From the NCBI RefSeq assembly GCF_023055435.1, contig NW_025964112.1:21204001-21268000 (forward strand): DNA of 64,000 nt. Direction: 5' to 3'. Shown here piece by piece: positions 27,801-42,800 of this stretch. How positions within the stretch are numbered: position 1 is the first letter of the stretch; the number at the start of each line of letters is the position of its first letter. The notes beneath the pieces are model-generated. The model saw only the letters and a program-made list of their open reading frames with translations, was not told the DNA's origin and made no database searches. This DNA comes from Haliotis rufescens. Taxonomy: Eukaryota. The position numbers and the translations under genes were made by a program.

Positions 27801-30800
27801 GTTATACATTTTGATCTGTGAAAATGGGGATGGTGAATCACTAATATTGATTGTAGTTCTACTGGTAAGAAGTCTTAGATGTTTCATTGGTGGAGTAGAA
27901 GAACATTTTATGAATTGGAAAATTGGAATGACTGATTGAAGACCCTATTGAAGTTCAAGTACATGCAGTAGGGCCATTGTATTCCAAGTGATGTCTGGCT
28001 CTTGCTTGGCCTGACTGAATAAGCTCATTTACTTCCCTTAATTAACCAGCCAGACTGAGATATTACGCACCTTCATGGAAGCAATGAGCACTAGTGAGAA
28101 CAAACAGGAAGTGTTGACTGGTTGGGGAGAGGTGTAGAGGCCCCCAGCAGGGAGGTAGATAAGACAAGTCTGCCTCAGGAGTCCACAGATTCCAGGCTGC
28201 TGAAGTCTTACCTACTGCCTGGCTGTCCAACTATGCGTAGCTTCTTTCATGGCAGGCATCCATGAAGACAAACACATGTCTCCAGTGCAAGGAGTTTGGC
28301 AGTTTTGATCTGCAACTGTTTAAACAGTATGTAACTGAATGTTCAGCTGAAAGTGAAATTGGAACGGTTGGAACATGTTTCTGGATTTGAGGTCCTATAC
28401 AAAGGGGTACAATAGTCTTGTGGTGGCACAGACAAATGGATGTGAGAAATGTGATATGATTAGAGGAAGTATGGAAGATGACAATCATGGGGAGGTCTAT
28501 GGGGGCTCCAAAACATTAGGGTTTCATTACAGAATTTGATAGCTCATCTGATGAGATAGTTTAAGAATACATGTAGTTGACTATTTATGTTTTTAGCTCA
28601 CCCGACTGTACGTTAGTGAGCTACAAACCCATTTGGTTCTATCTTTTGTATTTGTTATTACCCTGACGTGTGGATCTTATATGTCATAGAAATACTTCAA
28701 TCTTGTGTAATGAACAAAATTATTCACTCTTGGCATTAAATATTAACTCAATTTAAAGAAATCACTTGGACTCAAGGACTCAAAGCATATGTCAAGGACA
28801 ATTGAGAGATGACTTTATTGAATACAGACCATGCTATTATTGGCGGATGTCTGGTCCAATGTCCAGGCAACTTTATTTGCTGTGCAGAGATGCAACCCTC
28901 AGACATGCCAGAACCCTAGGATCATGGGTTAGATAACTTAGAATCCCCAAGTCGCCCTGATTATGTTTCTAGGTTCATCAGCACATACATATGCCCACTG
29001 ATGTTTCCAAAGTGGTAAACATCTTGGACCTGCATTACTGCTTTCCTCCTGCATCAAGCTGACGTACCATAATATGACTAAATACTGTTAAACCCAACTC
29101 ACTCAGTGCACTCATTCTTGAATATTTAATTGGGCTTCTGGTAGCTCATCTGGAGTTTTGACATTAAAATGATTTATCCCGGCAAGATATTGGTTGGTTG
29201 CATTTGGGATGCAACATTTTGTCCTGGTGGGTGCAATTTTGTGTATGTGGTTCTTGATTGTCTATATTTGGAAGTTTAAGTAAGTAATTATTATAATGAG
29301 TAAATACTGACAAAGTGACCTTATTTAGAGAGATTAACAACCATAACTCTAATGTCACATCGTACACCCTAGATAATCAGAGCTCAAATGTCAGCAGAAG
29401 TGATGGAGTTAAGGTATCTGTCGACAACTCTTGTCTACCACAGTAGTGAGGCATTATTGACAACACTTGTCTTCAGTTATAGTGAGGCACTGTTGTCAGT
29501 TCTTGTCTACAGTCCCTATTTACACCAAACTGATTGTTTGTTATTGTCCCCTTGTTCAGTTATCATACAGGCATGTATTATTGACTGCTTCTGTTGTTTT
29601 AGATATTGATAATAAACCTGAATGATTTCCTTGAATTCAGTCTCAGGGTTTAAATCTGATGTGACAGTACCAGTGGACGACGGAGAAGACAACCTAATCC
29701 GTTCGGACAGCTACGAGAACTTCCGGAAGGTCATCGATGACAGTATGTAGTTCTCTGTAGAGGAGTTTTATTTTAAGAAGTTGTAGTGATGCAATGATTG
29801 GTATTTGAAACTTCATCTCTGTCAGATGCTTCCAATCATATTGAGTAAATGCTGTGACAGGGGAGTTAATGTCTTCAGAAGGGATGGTGCAGGAAGTACT
29901 GTGGGATGTTTAATAAGTGGAGTTATCTTTAACAGATGGTTTAAAAGCTGACAGAGATGAGTTTACTGTTCCAATCATTGCACCAGCACAGATTTATATA
30001 GTTCTCCTAACAACTTATTATTTCAAATTTCACCTTCATACGGTCTTGGTGGGTTGGTGACATTTGCACATTACTTTGGGAAGACCGGACCAAACTTTAG
30101 CATGGACCAAATCTGTTTTGCTTCAGCAATCAATCTGCACCATCACATTGTTAACACGCCATCATTCAAAATCTGTCCCATCATCTCATGTAAGACCTTC
30201 AAGACCTTCAAGAGCTTTTTGATGATCGTGCAACATCATATATGCTGCTGTCACTTGACTGGTCCAATCATTCTATTAATATTCATGTAAATTTGAATAT
30301 TAATGTTGTTTGTGTTCATCTAAATTGCATTTGATCATTAACTGGTAGCTTTTGTAGCCTAGATAAGGCTTTTTGCTTTGTTGGCTTGTTAGGCCTAACA
30401 AATGTTCATTGCAACTTAAGGATTTTATATGTTCCAACAAGCATGCTCTGACCCCTGAAAAAGTTCAACTGTTGTTTCATATTTGGACATTTGACCATAT
30501 ACTTAACAGCCATGAATTCGTTTCTTACACTAATTTCAAATTTGGTCAAGTTTCTGTCAACAGGAATATGAATGTCAATCAATTTCTGTTTACAGAATTC
30601 AAAATTTCCAAAATCCATAACCGCATGGTGTTTAATCCTTTCAGCTGATATTAATGAAAACGGAATACCACCCGAAGGAATAAGCAAAGTTCGTGTGTCA
30701 AAGGTCGAGCACGAGCAGGGCCCAATAGATGGAAGTTTGTATGCCACGGTAAACAAGAAACGAATCGAGAACCAATCCACCTCATCATCCGTGCTTCATA

Positions 30801-33800
30801 ATGGACCCATGCAAAATGGTTCCCTGACCTCCAGCCTCGACTCTGGTATTTCCACATCCTCTGATCTCCATGGTGACTGCATGTCTTATATGGTTTCTTA
30901 CAACATTAATTTGCACTTATGTGTCAAAGAAAGGACATGTTGCATGAACAAACATACATCGCCTTGCAATTAAGTTACTGTCATGGATACTCTTGTGTTC
31001 ATGGTAGATTCTAGTAACATTTTACTAATTTACAAGTAGCTATTAGTAATCTTAATTTGTTTCACACTTTAAACAAAAGGTTTAATTGATGTCTATAAGA
31101 AAAAGGTTTCTGTTTGTCAAAATACAAGTACTTGTAATATATAACAGTAATAATTGTAATTTTTGTGGAAATATTTTTTAAATGGATACAATCTTAATTG
31201 CAGCATGTCCTTGTACATTATATTTCTTACAATTTTAATTTGCACTTATTTGTTATATGTGAAAATGCTGTTATGTTCTTACAATTAATTTTGGCGCTTT
31301 TAATCTGCAAAGTATTAAGCATTCATTATGTTCTGCTTTTAGCCCCTGCTACTTTTGCCTTAATCTTACGATGCCAGTGCCAAGCTCTCATAATTCTTTT
31401 TTCCTGTCAAAGTAGTTAAGAGGCAGCTTTCATTCAAATTTGTTTATATCTTCTACACCTGCTCATCCGGTCATCATACTTACAGGAAAATGTTTTCCCA
31501 GGAATTTCTGTTTTTATCTCAGTTTAGGACGACATGAATATGTTATGGTAATAATTCAAGATAATTGCAGATCTGGAAACTCTACCATGATCAATACAGT
31601 GTTACCCAGCCCTGTGTCAGATAATGGTCCAGGTAGCACATCGTAGACTTGTCTGTGCTTACTGTTTGTTTTTTGTGAAGTACCGCCCATATAGCTGCGT
31701 AACTAACTGTGTCATCCAGATTGTTGAAGAGGTGTCTGACCTTGTTTTTGTGTTCAGGGCTTGTATGTGTGATGTAACTAATTGATAACAGAAACAGCAG
31801 TATATATGTGTATGTATGTAATGTATACATGTGATGGAGGATGGATAGATGGATGTGATATCAGCCTTGAAAGGACTTCTCTTTGTGACCCATATTGAAT
31901 GCATGGGGTACTTAACAAAGCAATTATTGCTGGAATAGTTCATCTGCATACATGTGATCATGGTTTTGCCCAGAAGAGAACAAACATAGTCTTATTGTAG
32001 ATTCCAGCATTCCTTGCAGAGAAAAGTGACTGCCCATGTAATTTTTTGCATAAAAAAACATATCGTGAATATAACATATTTTGACTTCAACCATGTGTGT
32101 TGGATATCATATGGCTCTTTTTCGGACTGGTTTTGTCATTTTCTGCGAGAGATCAGGCTCAAAAGATATGTCTATGGCTGGAAAATCGTTGTGTGCTATT
32201 AAATAAGAGTTTCATGATTTTGTGGGTCCACTGATAATGAAATCAGCATGTATCACTGCAAATATGGGCATTTTAATCAGCTCTGAAGTTTAATTTCCAC
32301 TTTGCTTATGATCCTGATAATTGTATTCCAGCTACAACTGTCAGTCAAAGCCACCAAAGCCATTCGCAGTACAACTCGAATGTGAACGAAGTGATTTCAC
32401 CAAGTTACAGGTCTAGTGTCCAATCTTCTAAGACAAATTACGGATCAAGCACAATGCCCAAACAAACAGTGAAAGCATTAGATGAGCGTACACAGCTAGA
32501 TGAACTATTAAGTGACCTGTTACAGGATCAGGTATTTGTATCCTCCAGTCCAACAAGTCCGAAAGATGCCAGTGCTTCAACCATTACCACAACAACACGA
32601 ACATTCACTACATATAACACGATAGACTCTAATCAGCGAAGTCCAAATCAGAATGTTTCTATTCAGAGAGCGGAAGTGACGTACAAAGTTCCTGGAGCCA
32701 AGGAAGAAAAACACCATTACACGATCACAGCTGGCGGTGAACAGGACCTTCGCAAACCTGGGGTTCCTAAAAATGCATTTTCATACACTGCTACCTCCCC
32801 AACAATTGAGGGGAAAACTGTGCAACCTTTAGAAAAAGAACTAATCCGAAATGCGGAAAATATGCCCAGAATGCAAAGTCCTCCTGGACGTGTTCATACT
32901 CTGCCATACAGGACTGATTATGAAAATAAATACAATGAATATTCCTATCACACGTTAGATGGTTCCAGTTTGCAGCAGCGAGAGGTTGATAATGCATCAT
33001 GGTTGCAGCAGCAGCAAGAGAAGCTCAGGGCAAAGAAAGAAGTTCGGTCTCCTCAAGAGAGGCAACTTGTGTCCGAGCTGCGTTCTGCCCAGAACAAATA
33101 CTATACACGACGCACACAGAATGAAGCGGAGGAACAAGCTGTGATGGAAACTTACAAAACACCTGTAGCAAATGGGCCAGTTTCACCTACAAATGTCCAA
33201 TCGTACAACCCCCCTCAGCGAAGTCAGAGCCACGATGGTTTCTGGTCAAATGACACTCAACCATACAATATGCGTCAGCAGATGTCACCAACAGACAACC
33301 ATTTCAACACATACTCTCAGGCTTACTCAGAATCACGACAGTCTTACAACCGTAGCGTATCTAACAAACCACCCCCCTCCCCAACGCTTCAGAGGTCTAT
33401 GATTTCAGCACCCCCTGTGACCCCTCCAGTTCGAACCAGTAGCAAGGAGTTTATGCGATCTCGATCCAACAGTAGCAGCAGCTGGCAACCCCAACAGCAG
33501 CGTCCTCTTCAACGTCAGGCGTCAGAGACACTCTATGACCGGGACTTTGCACCTCAATCAATCCCTCGTTCATACAGTGCCAGTCATTCACCAAGAGCAC
33601 TGTCACCAGAAGAGCAGGGTCTTCAGCAGGCATCCTTCACGACATACCGCACCATCAAGCACATACACCAGGATGATGACAGTATGACCCGGCAGCAGCA
33701 GCCTCCAGTTCAGATGGCGCCAGAGCCTGTGGCACCTCAAACACAACAACATTATGTAACGGAAGTCTTTGTCCATCGGGGACCAAGTAAGTAGTCATGA

Positions 33801-36800
33801 CAATAATCACAGAATTTTATTGTTGCATAATCATGATCACTTGACATTATGAAGTTGTTGTACAGAACTTTTAAAGTAATTTGCTGACTTGAATGCAAGT
33901 GATCTGAAGTTGAAGATTTCTTGTTTTAAAGTGATATTTACCAATCCAGAGGAAACGTCATAATACTTTTCAAAATTATTATCCTTGTTCTTGTATTTTA
34001 AAAACAAAAGAAAAGCATATCTGTAAACCTTTCAATAATTGAATACATGTGGTTGTTGTTAAATAGTCTAATCTTTGTGATGTACAACATCTTTTATGTT
34101 CATATGTCTACAGTCATGATTTTACTGGTGCATCAGACATCATTAATCATTTTTATCTAATGCAATTTCATTGATTCATTATGTTTTTGGTTCATATTAT
34201 TATATGGTTTTATGCAGTGGAAATGTTTTCAGAAGTTTTTGAGAACTTTTAGATGATCATAGGAAAAAATGATAAGCGTAAAGGGAGATAACCTATAAGA
34301 AGGGAGACAAGTCAGTCTTGGCAGTGGTTTTGAAAGTGTCCTCAATCAGTAGAATAGTTTTTCTGCATGCACAGGTAGTTCTCTCTAGCAATCTTCTAGA
34401 TCGTGAAACTATCACATAGAAACTGGGTATTAACTAATAACTATTTCTCAGTGAGTGATGTGTGCGATTTTATAATATATTGGTAGAAAATGAAACCTTT
34501 TTGTGATTAAATTTCTGGTTATATTTCATGTTGTTAAGTAGACCTGTCAGCTTGAATGGCTTCTAAAAACTTGTAAGGATCTATCATGCATGTTGAATCA
34601 ATTCCTACTTGATTATTATAATAAATCAAGTTTTCATATTGATCTACATTAATCTACGTTAATTATATGATATTTGTTTACACTTTCATTAGATATATTA
34701 CAGATTTCACACTCCCAACATGTTCATCATTACTTGACAGTATTTATTTTACGTATAAATGGGATTAAGAATAAAAACAAAATAGGTCTGTGTGTGTATA
34801 CGACCATTTTCTAGGACTCGCACATCTGCATGGTCTTCCTGTGATTTCTAGGTGCAGTTAGCCAGACACAAGAGAAAGTATCCAAGGACAAGACTGATGG
34901 CATCAGTACAGCAACCCGCCTGGAGGAACTGGAACGGTCCCTCATGGCCGCTGAAGAGTCCATCAAGGCATCGGTGCCACAGCAGTTCTCACAGCAGAAA
35001 CAGGAAGAGGTATTTTTACGGCATGAGACGCGACAGGTGGAATCCCACAGCAGCGTGAGTAATCAGAGCAGCTACACCAGCAACACCACGACGTCCCGCA
35101 GCATGCTGCCCCGGAGTGCATCCCCTGTCTGGGATAATGTTAATATCTATGTATGTATTGTGTATAACCCATCTTTCCCATCTCGCAGAAGCATTTCAGC
35201 TGGAAAAGATAGGATTATATTTTTTCAGTTTTCAATTATTGACAATAATAATGTCAATACTGTAATATTGAAGCTGGTCACAGTTTTTTTAGAAATCTTC
35301 TTTCTTTTGGCCGTGTCTAAATTTGAAAGATGCTACCTGATTCAAATTGTGAGTGCCCAATGCATTTAGCCATTGTAATATTTAGCAGCTGAAATGCTTG
35401 TGCCTTCTGTCTCTGTCCTGGCAGAAGTTTCTTCCGAGCAAATATGAGATTTCATTCAGTACAACAGAGTTGTTTTTTCTTACGATTGATCCATCCATTG
35501 AGAATACTATATAACTGTTAAAACTAATGAAATAATGAAACATTTTATACAGTATTGTGTTGAAAGTAATGGAGTCAAATGGTTTGTCCTGTTACTGTAA
35601 GGTACGTACTAAATTGTCGTAATACTTTCCACTCAAATTCCCCAATGTTAGATGTTGTCACGCCTAAATATACTCTAATTAAGTCCTCAGACTGACCAAT
35701 TCAGCATGTTTGTTCTGGCAAACTTATTCTTTCTGAATTGTATTCATTGACATAACTGTATTTGTCATCTATATTGCATGAGGGTGTGAAATATTTACCT
35801 CGGAACAGTTAATATATTGTATGCTTGTGAACACTTTTATCATTATATGGCATGTCCCAGCAGTGATAGTTGGTTGAATGACAAAAGATTACTGACAGGA
35901 ATGATTTGTGAATTACTCTGTTTGAATATTCCCCATGATCAATGTGCTCATTAAAATAATATAACAATAACTGTAAAGTCTTTAAACACAGTTGCCTAAC
36001 TAGCATGGACTATCGCCATTTAATCTGATTGATGCAAATTGCTATTTGTCAACGTGCATGTTGATTGGTCATGGTCTGTGTTTTATGAAATCAATCAGTA
36101 TACTGACATATCTGTTTGCTGTGAGTGATACTTTGGATTGTGCAAGACTCTCAAATGAGCTTATTTAGATCATACGTGGAGCATTTTTTCAACCATTGAT
36201 AAGTGAATGTGGATAAATCACACTATTCTCAAAGCTGTGCTCATTTATCATTACATCTTTTTGGTCTTTCTGAATAATGATTTCATTGATGCTATGGACA
36301 CATCGCATCTGTCATGGCATTCTGAAAATAGGGTCTTAATGAAAGTGAGGTATTTTCCATTGTTTGCTGTATGGATCAGCACACCTAAATCATCACAACT
36401 TTGGCATGTTATCCAAACATTTTGAGAACAGTCTCTCTATTTTTCTTACCGAGTCAGTTCTTTCATTTCAATTATTACAAAAATTGGATCAGAGGGAAGG
36501 CTGGAACCCTTTGACATGTCTTTGAAAAGACATGTTTCTTTTTGTTAATTCATTTTTACTTTTAACAAATCAACATTACTTTTTGAGGGATCAGTTTTCA
36601 AAAAGATAATTTATTAAGTTTGTTAAGAAAATTTATTCTGAGCACCGAAACTATGACTATGTAAACCAAATCATAAGAAGAAGAAGGCCGAAGTGTCACC
36701 TTTTCACCATGTGTGACTAGATAGTGGTGCCGTGGTCCGTGGTCTCAGCTTGGCTTGGGTCTGCAGTAACTGGGCAGACTCCTGTTTGTCTTCCCAGGAT

Positions 36801-39800
36801 CAGGGGAATGAGAACCAGGCAGCTGTTTCTGACCTGGAAAACAACCTTTAATCAAACACACAATTTTCATGGCTCACTTCAATAAATGTTTTCATGCATT
36901 GTTGTAGCAAATGTCTGTAAGTTCTTATATTAGTACAACAAGTTCTGTTGATGGTTGAAGTAGTCATTGACAGGTTTCAGGCCATCAGCTATTTGGTCAA
37001 AGAGCAGATCAGACTTGTACTGTATATTTCCGGGGAAGGTTGTGTCAGTCTCAGTCTTGTACTTTTTTATTCCAGGTAATATTTTGACATGGTGTTTTTA
37101 ACTAAACAATGTATGTTATGTCTGATTAGAACCATTGTTGACAGTTGCACTTGATTCAATTCTATGTTGAGATTTTCCTTGGATAGTTTAGGTATACATT
37201 ATACACCCTCATGAGCAATTCCCATCTTGACAATTTCAATAATGTTGCAGCTGTTATCATCCCAACTTGTGTGAAGTCAGCGGTAAATGGTAAACTGACC
37301 ATTATTTAGCTATTTTGTTTTCCATTCTGTGTGAGTCAGTTATAGTGTATACAACCATGCCAAGTTTGCACTTCCCATGGTATAATAGCAAGGTAATTAC
37401 CAACCGGGTCTGTATTTATGATACCAGTTTACAAATGGCAATGTGGCTTGGCCATGAATAGGATCTAGGTCATACAGGGTCACAATTTGGGGGAAAGGTT
37501 TGCAATGTGAAATTAATATATCAGGTCCAATAGAGAGAAGGTGTGAGTGGCAAGATGATAGCGTGTTGAGGAGAAAAAAGGTAGGCAATTTCTTCTTGGT
37601 AATGTAGATTTTGGTGTGTTACTTTTGGATCTTGTAGTTGGGCTTGTTTATATAGCTGGAATTGTTTTGGTGGAAATGTTTAGATATTGAAGTCTGGCTG
37701 AGAGTTTCAGGTCAGGGCGGTTTAAACAATGAGACACTTGTTGAAAATAAGGAAAAGTTTCATCTGTTTTAAATATAACTGCATTGGGGTAAGCTGATTT
37801 TTAATGACCTTAACCTACTACCTTTTCTGTTTAAAGTTGGTAAATTCTGCACAGAATGTAGTTCACTTAGGTGTAGTGTTACAATGTCTGACTTGAGTAC
37901 AGTCTGGAGATGGGGATAGACATGGTTTTTATGTTTTATTTTGTTGTATTATTCTGTGTAAAAAATTTGACCTTACCATGTGCAAAAGAGTAGCAAATCC
38001 TGATTAAGAGATTAAATGCATTCATTATGCTGACACACATATGTGAAGAAATTATGAGCTATTACATTTGATATTTGCTCTCTAGGCACCATTACAAGAA
38101 TGTAAATTGCACAATCTCTTTATACAGTGGAATAAGTGTAGACGGTGGTACAGGAACTATTGTAGAGAATGTGATGATGTTCAGATGAGGCATTTATACC
38201 ATGCAGAGAAATAGTATGGATTCTGAGAATATTTCCTGAAAAGGATATACAATATACAAGAAGAAGATGAAAGCCACAAGTTCCGAATCTTCTGTGGAAG
38301 GTGTGGAAGTGCTGACTGCGCTGTGTGTATCACCAGATGAGTGTCTGATGTCTGCAACTACAGGCATGGTGTCTGATGTCGAGTTGGACTTTGTCACAGC
38401 TAACATGCTTTGTGAGGCATTACAATGTAGACAATCTCCTGCTTCCACTGCCGAGTCTGACACCTTCCTTGTTGATGGTCCATATTGTCCTCAAGACTCT
38501 GTAGACATGGCTGACATGCCTGTCAACTTTGTTTCAAATGTGTTGCTGAAGGAGTTTTCCGACCTCTCTGTTGAGGGGGTGTTTGTAGATTCTCACACTA
38601 ATTTCAAATCAGACAGATATGAGGATGAAAATTTGGTATTTGATCATCAGTTTTCTGGTTGCACAGCTGATGTGTATGGTTGTATGTCAAACAACTTATT
38701 TGACCTTTACCCAGTGATGATGTCTGCAGACAACACAGCCTTGACACGAAACATGCAGACTTGTCATCTGCCTGACGATGAACCTGATTATCCTACCTGT
38801 TTGTCCGAATTGTCTGTTGGGCCGTTGTCTGCCGAATTGTCCCAGATAGCCGATCAGTCATCCCACTATTTCATGCCAATCAGTACATCTGAATGTGGCA
38901 GTCAACTGTCTGCAGACACATCCACACAGTGTCTGGGTCCCTATAGTCACACATCTCATGATAGATTATCAACAGATGTGTCTGATCTGTCAAATACTGA
39001 AGATATTAGTGAAACAAGAGCCAAGTTTGAAGAAGCTGTTCTTCTGCTAGACTTCCTCCAGGTAGTGATGTAACTACTGTTAGCTCTGTTAAGTAACTCA
39101 AGTGGTAAGCGACAGCCAGTATTTAAGTGTTTATTCATTGCTTGGATCTGTGTCGTATATCTATGGATATTGTATCATTTAAGTGTAATGTTTGGAGTCT
39201 TGCACATGACTGCTTTCCGTGAATACACCCTATCCTGTCAAATCAGTTTCTCCCCAAACACTTGTGTCCTGTGCACACCTTTCCATAAACTTTTTACCAT
39301 TAAACTGCTTAAGCTTTTGGTAGTTACTCAGATTCATAAGAATGAATATAGATAGTTCAATGTGTATAAATATGTATCATATTTGTTTCTGAAATACAAT
39401 TAAAATCCTTAGCATTGATCTTGAATAGTTTGAAACAGCCTGAAACTTAAAAGTTTGCATACTTGGACTATGCATCAGTGTCTTATGCAGTTCATGAACA
39501 TAAAGACATAGTTAAATGGGAAATCATTAAATGGGTTTTATGGAAATTGAAAATGAAATTATATTACAAAGAAACCTGGTCAGAATACTGGCTTAATTTC
39601 TATGTGATAATTATGAAAGTTGATATGGTATCGACTGAAAACTTATTTGACTTGAATGAAAGGTTATTATGTAACATATTTATCAGTGTTAAAGCTACTT
39701 TTTCCAGAGCCAGATCCAGAGGCCGGAACAAGGACCACCTCCAAAACAGATCCGCGAGGTGGAAGAGGACCGGATCATGCTCCGTCCCATAGGGCCAGGA

Positions 39801-42800
39801 GTGCAGACTCTGGAGCCAGAGAGCCACATGGGAACTCTGGGACGCCCCACCACACCCGGCTTTCCAACATCGCCAGGTACGTTAGTCGATACACCGCTTC
39901 ATGCTGGCACTACCACATGGAGGAGGGCATGAAATGTCTATTTGTAATATACTACTCAACATTTTCTATGGACCAGAATTGTCATCTTTAGTCCAAGGTG
40001 TGATCCTTATCAAATGTTGAGTAGTATACTTGCTACCACTGGAAACAAGGGTTTGCTTGGTGTGTGGAAATGTGTTTTATATCTGAAATATCAGAGAAAA
40101 ACATCCTCCAACATGCAAAATCAAACTAATGAGAATGAATATTTTGATTTGTGGTAGTTGATTAGTGTATTTCAAGGCACCCCATCCTCCAAAATAAATT
40201 AACAAAATAAGAATCATTAAATATGTTAACTCATCTGTTAGTTATTACATATTCCCCGTTTTGAAAGCTGAAATATATTGTCTTTGTTTGCCTTGAACAA
40301 CACACTGTGGAATGACTAAACTAGTATTACAGTATGTACATAGTCATCATTAATTATGGGACTACATAATGTCATTAGTTCCTGGTTTGTGTTGGTTTTT
40401 GGTGTATATATGATTAGTTGTTTTCAAAGCATGAGTCCTTTTCATTGGTGTCAAGCATGTATGCATGTGTTATTGCAAGGAATAAATTCTGCTTCGGAAG
40501 CATCGAGCATGACGGTTGACCATGACAAAGGCAATGTTTCCGAGACTGCAGCCACTAACAGTCACACACAGTGGATTACGTATCCTAGCAACCCGAATGT
40601 GGAAGCTGATTTTGAGACCATAACATGATTTGTGCTCGATTTGTGAGAATCCATCTAGATTTAGTTAACTGCATGTTACAATTTGTGTTTTGCTTGTTTC
40701 TAGTTACCCCTCCATTCCCAGTTTCACCAAGGACTCCTTATTCAAATTCAGGTAAAACCTAACAAAGCTGAATTTTTGACCGTGCACTTTGTCCTGACTT
40801 TACCACTAATTAGGCTTGTGGCATGGTGATTGTGAACACTGAATACTAGTATCTAACATTTGCCACATGGAAAATATGCATGTGTAATATCCCACTGTCG
40901 TTGAGAAATATTTTTGTCATCCTGTCATGTGGCAAGCGTTCGTCATTTGCAGTCTGTGTAACTTTGACCTGCATGCTGGGATTGAGTGGCCTTGTTTAGT
41001 TCACTTATAGTTCTCACTGGTGCTGGTCTCTCTTTTGTGTTGGTCTTCCATTTTCTAAGTTTTCTTTCTGTATTCTTCTGAAAAAATGCTCTGCATTTTG
41101 AATGTTTTCACCTATTGTTCTTTTGGGGTTTATTAGTTTCTTTCTTGCCTAGAAAAAAAATGAATGTTACAGTTGATATTAAGATGCTGAAAAGTATTAT
41201 GTTTTGTTGCAGTAGATGATTATTTGAATAGTTGGCCTGAAGGAATATACAATTTCATACTGATATTTGGAAACCAACAATAAAGGTTCCTGGTGCACGA
41301 TTAATTCACACCTAATATCACCTAATATTATTTTGTTTCAGATGCATAAAAGCCATGTTACATATTCTTTACTGACCATTCTGATTGCTGAAACATGCAT
41401 AACTAATACAAACATCCTTATGTTTTTGCTAATGACCACTCATGATAATTATGAACAAAACTTATCAACCTTATTCATCAAATAACAGCAGGCGCTTCGT
41501 TGTTGCTAATATTGTAAAAAAAATTGCTGTTTTATATTAGTTATCTGAAATCTTTTTATTCAGTACTGATACTGAAAACTCCACTAATCAACATTGTGTT
41601 AACATTTAACATTTTTATTATTTGGTTGTGTTCAAAAAGAATTCTTCAGCTTTGAACCTGTTGACAGTATGGTTCATGAAAGGAATAATCATGTAAATAT
41701 ATTTATGTTGAAATTGGATCATGAGTTCGGTATGTGTTGAACCAGATTTTATCACTTGATCATGTGATTATTTGAACTTTTATATCATTGTAAAGTATAT
41801 GTAAGTAGATTACTGGCTTTTGTGCATAATGAAATGTTGTGGACACTTCACAGGTCATGTTGGTGAAAATCTCCTTCTGTTAGCAACAACATTTTGGTTT
41901 GGCGCAATGAATAACTCACTGTTGTTCAGACAAAAGGTGACCCATCAGTCCATATGTCTCCAAGCAAGGACAAAATAAGCCACCTGATGGCATTGTGAAA
42001 GTGCCTCAATGCTGTGAAGTGTCCAGTGTAGACTAAACTTGTAGTTTTCATCAATTTTGCATGTAGTTTTTTTTGCTTGTGCGGATTTAACTGCATCTTG
42101 CCTCTCTCCTGCCTCTCTCTCTCAGCCCCCCCGACCCCAGGGGTAGTCTCCCCCGTCACCCCGACTGCTGGCATGTCCGACAGAGAGGTCACTCACATGC
42201 GGCACGGAGCACGGGCTCCGGTGTTTCGCAGTTCTGACCCAATGTACGCTTCTATCCCAGAAGATGCAGCACTAGGGGACTTTGCAGGTAGACTTGGTAG
42301 ATTTGTGGGGTTACCAATTATTTCTGCATTTCCAAAACTTTTTGGAGTTTAGGCACTTTAATGAGTATATAACAAACCACCAATAAGATCAATTTTAAAT
42401 GAGATGTTGAGATGGTTTGCATGCAGAGATCATCAAATACTGAAATAAGGGAGAACTGTTTTAGAGTAACCTTCTGACATACCAAGAAAGATGATCAGAT
42501 AGTTACAGCAGTTGTGTCAAATTATTTGTGTCCTCTAGTTGTCAAATACCAGAAAGTTCTGTAAATGTGGTAAAATCCTATGCACAATCTGTCATTGTTG
42601 GAGATGTGCGGCATGAGTCATGAAAAGTTTATGTGTGTCAAGCTAGTTGTGAAACGACTAGCCTCTAGCCACTGCCTCAAGCAATGACTGATGTGTGCAT
42701 GTTGTAAATCTTCTACATGCAAGGGAGAAGTGTCATGCAGTAAAGTATCATATTCAAAGACTGGCAGAATTATGTAGTGAAGTAAGCTGATGTGATTCAT

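Noticed and set aside
39463-39991. ORF-track translations over the exon at 39708
   Set aside because: Wrong frames; splice phase and the RPTTPGFP motif support the third frame.
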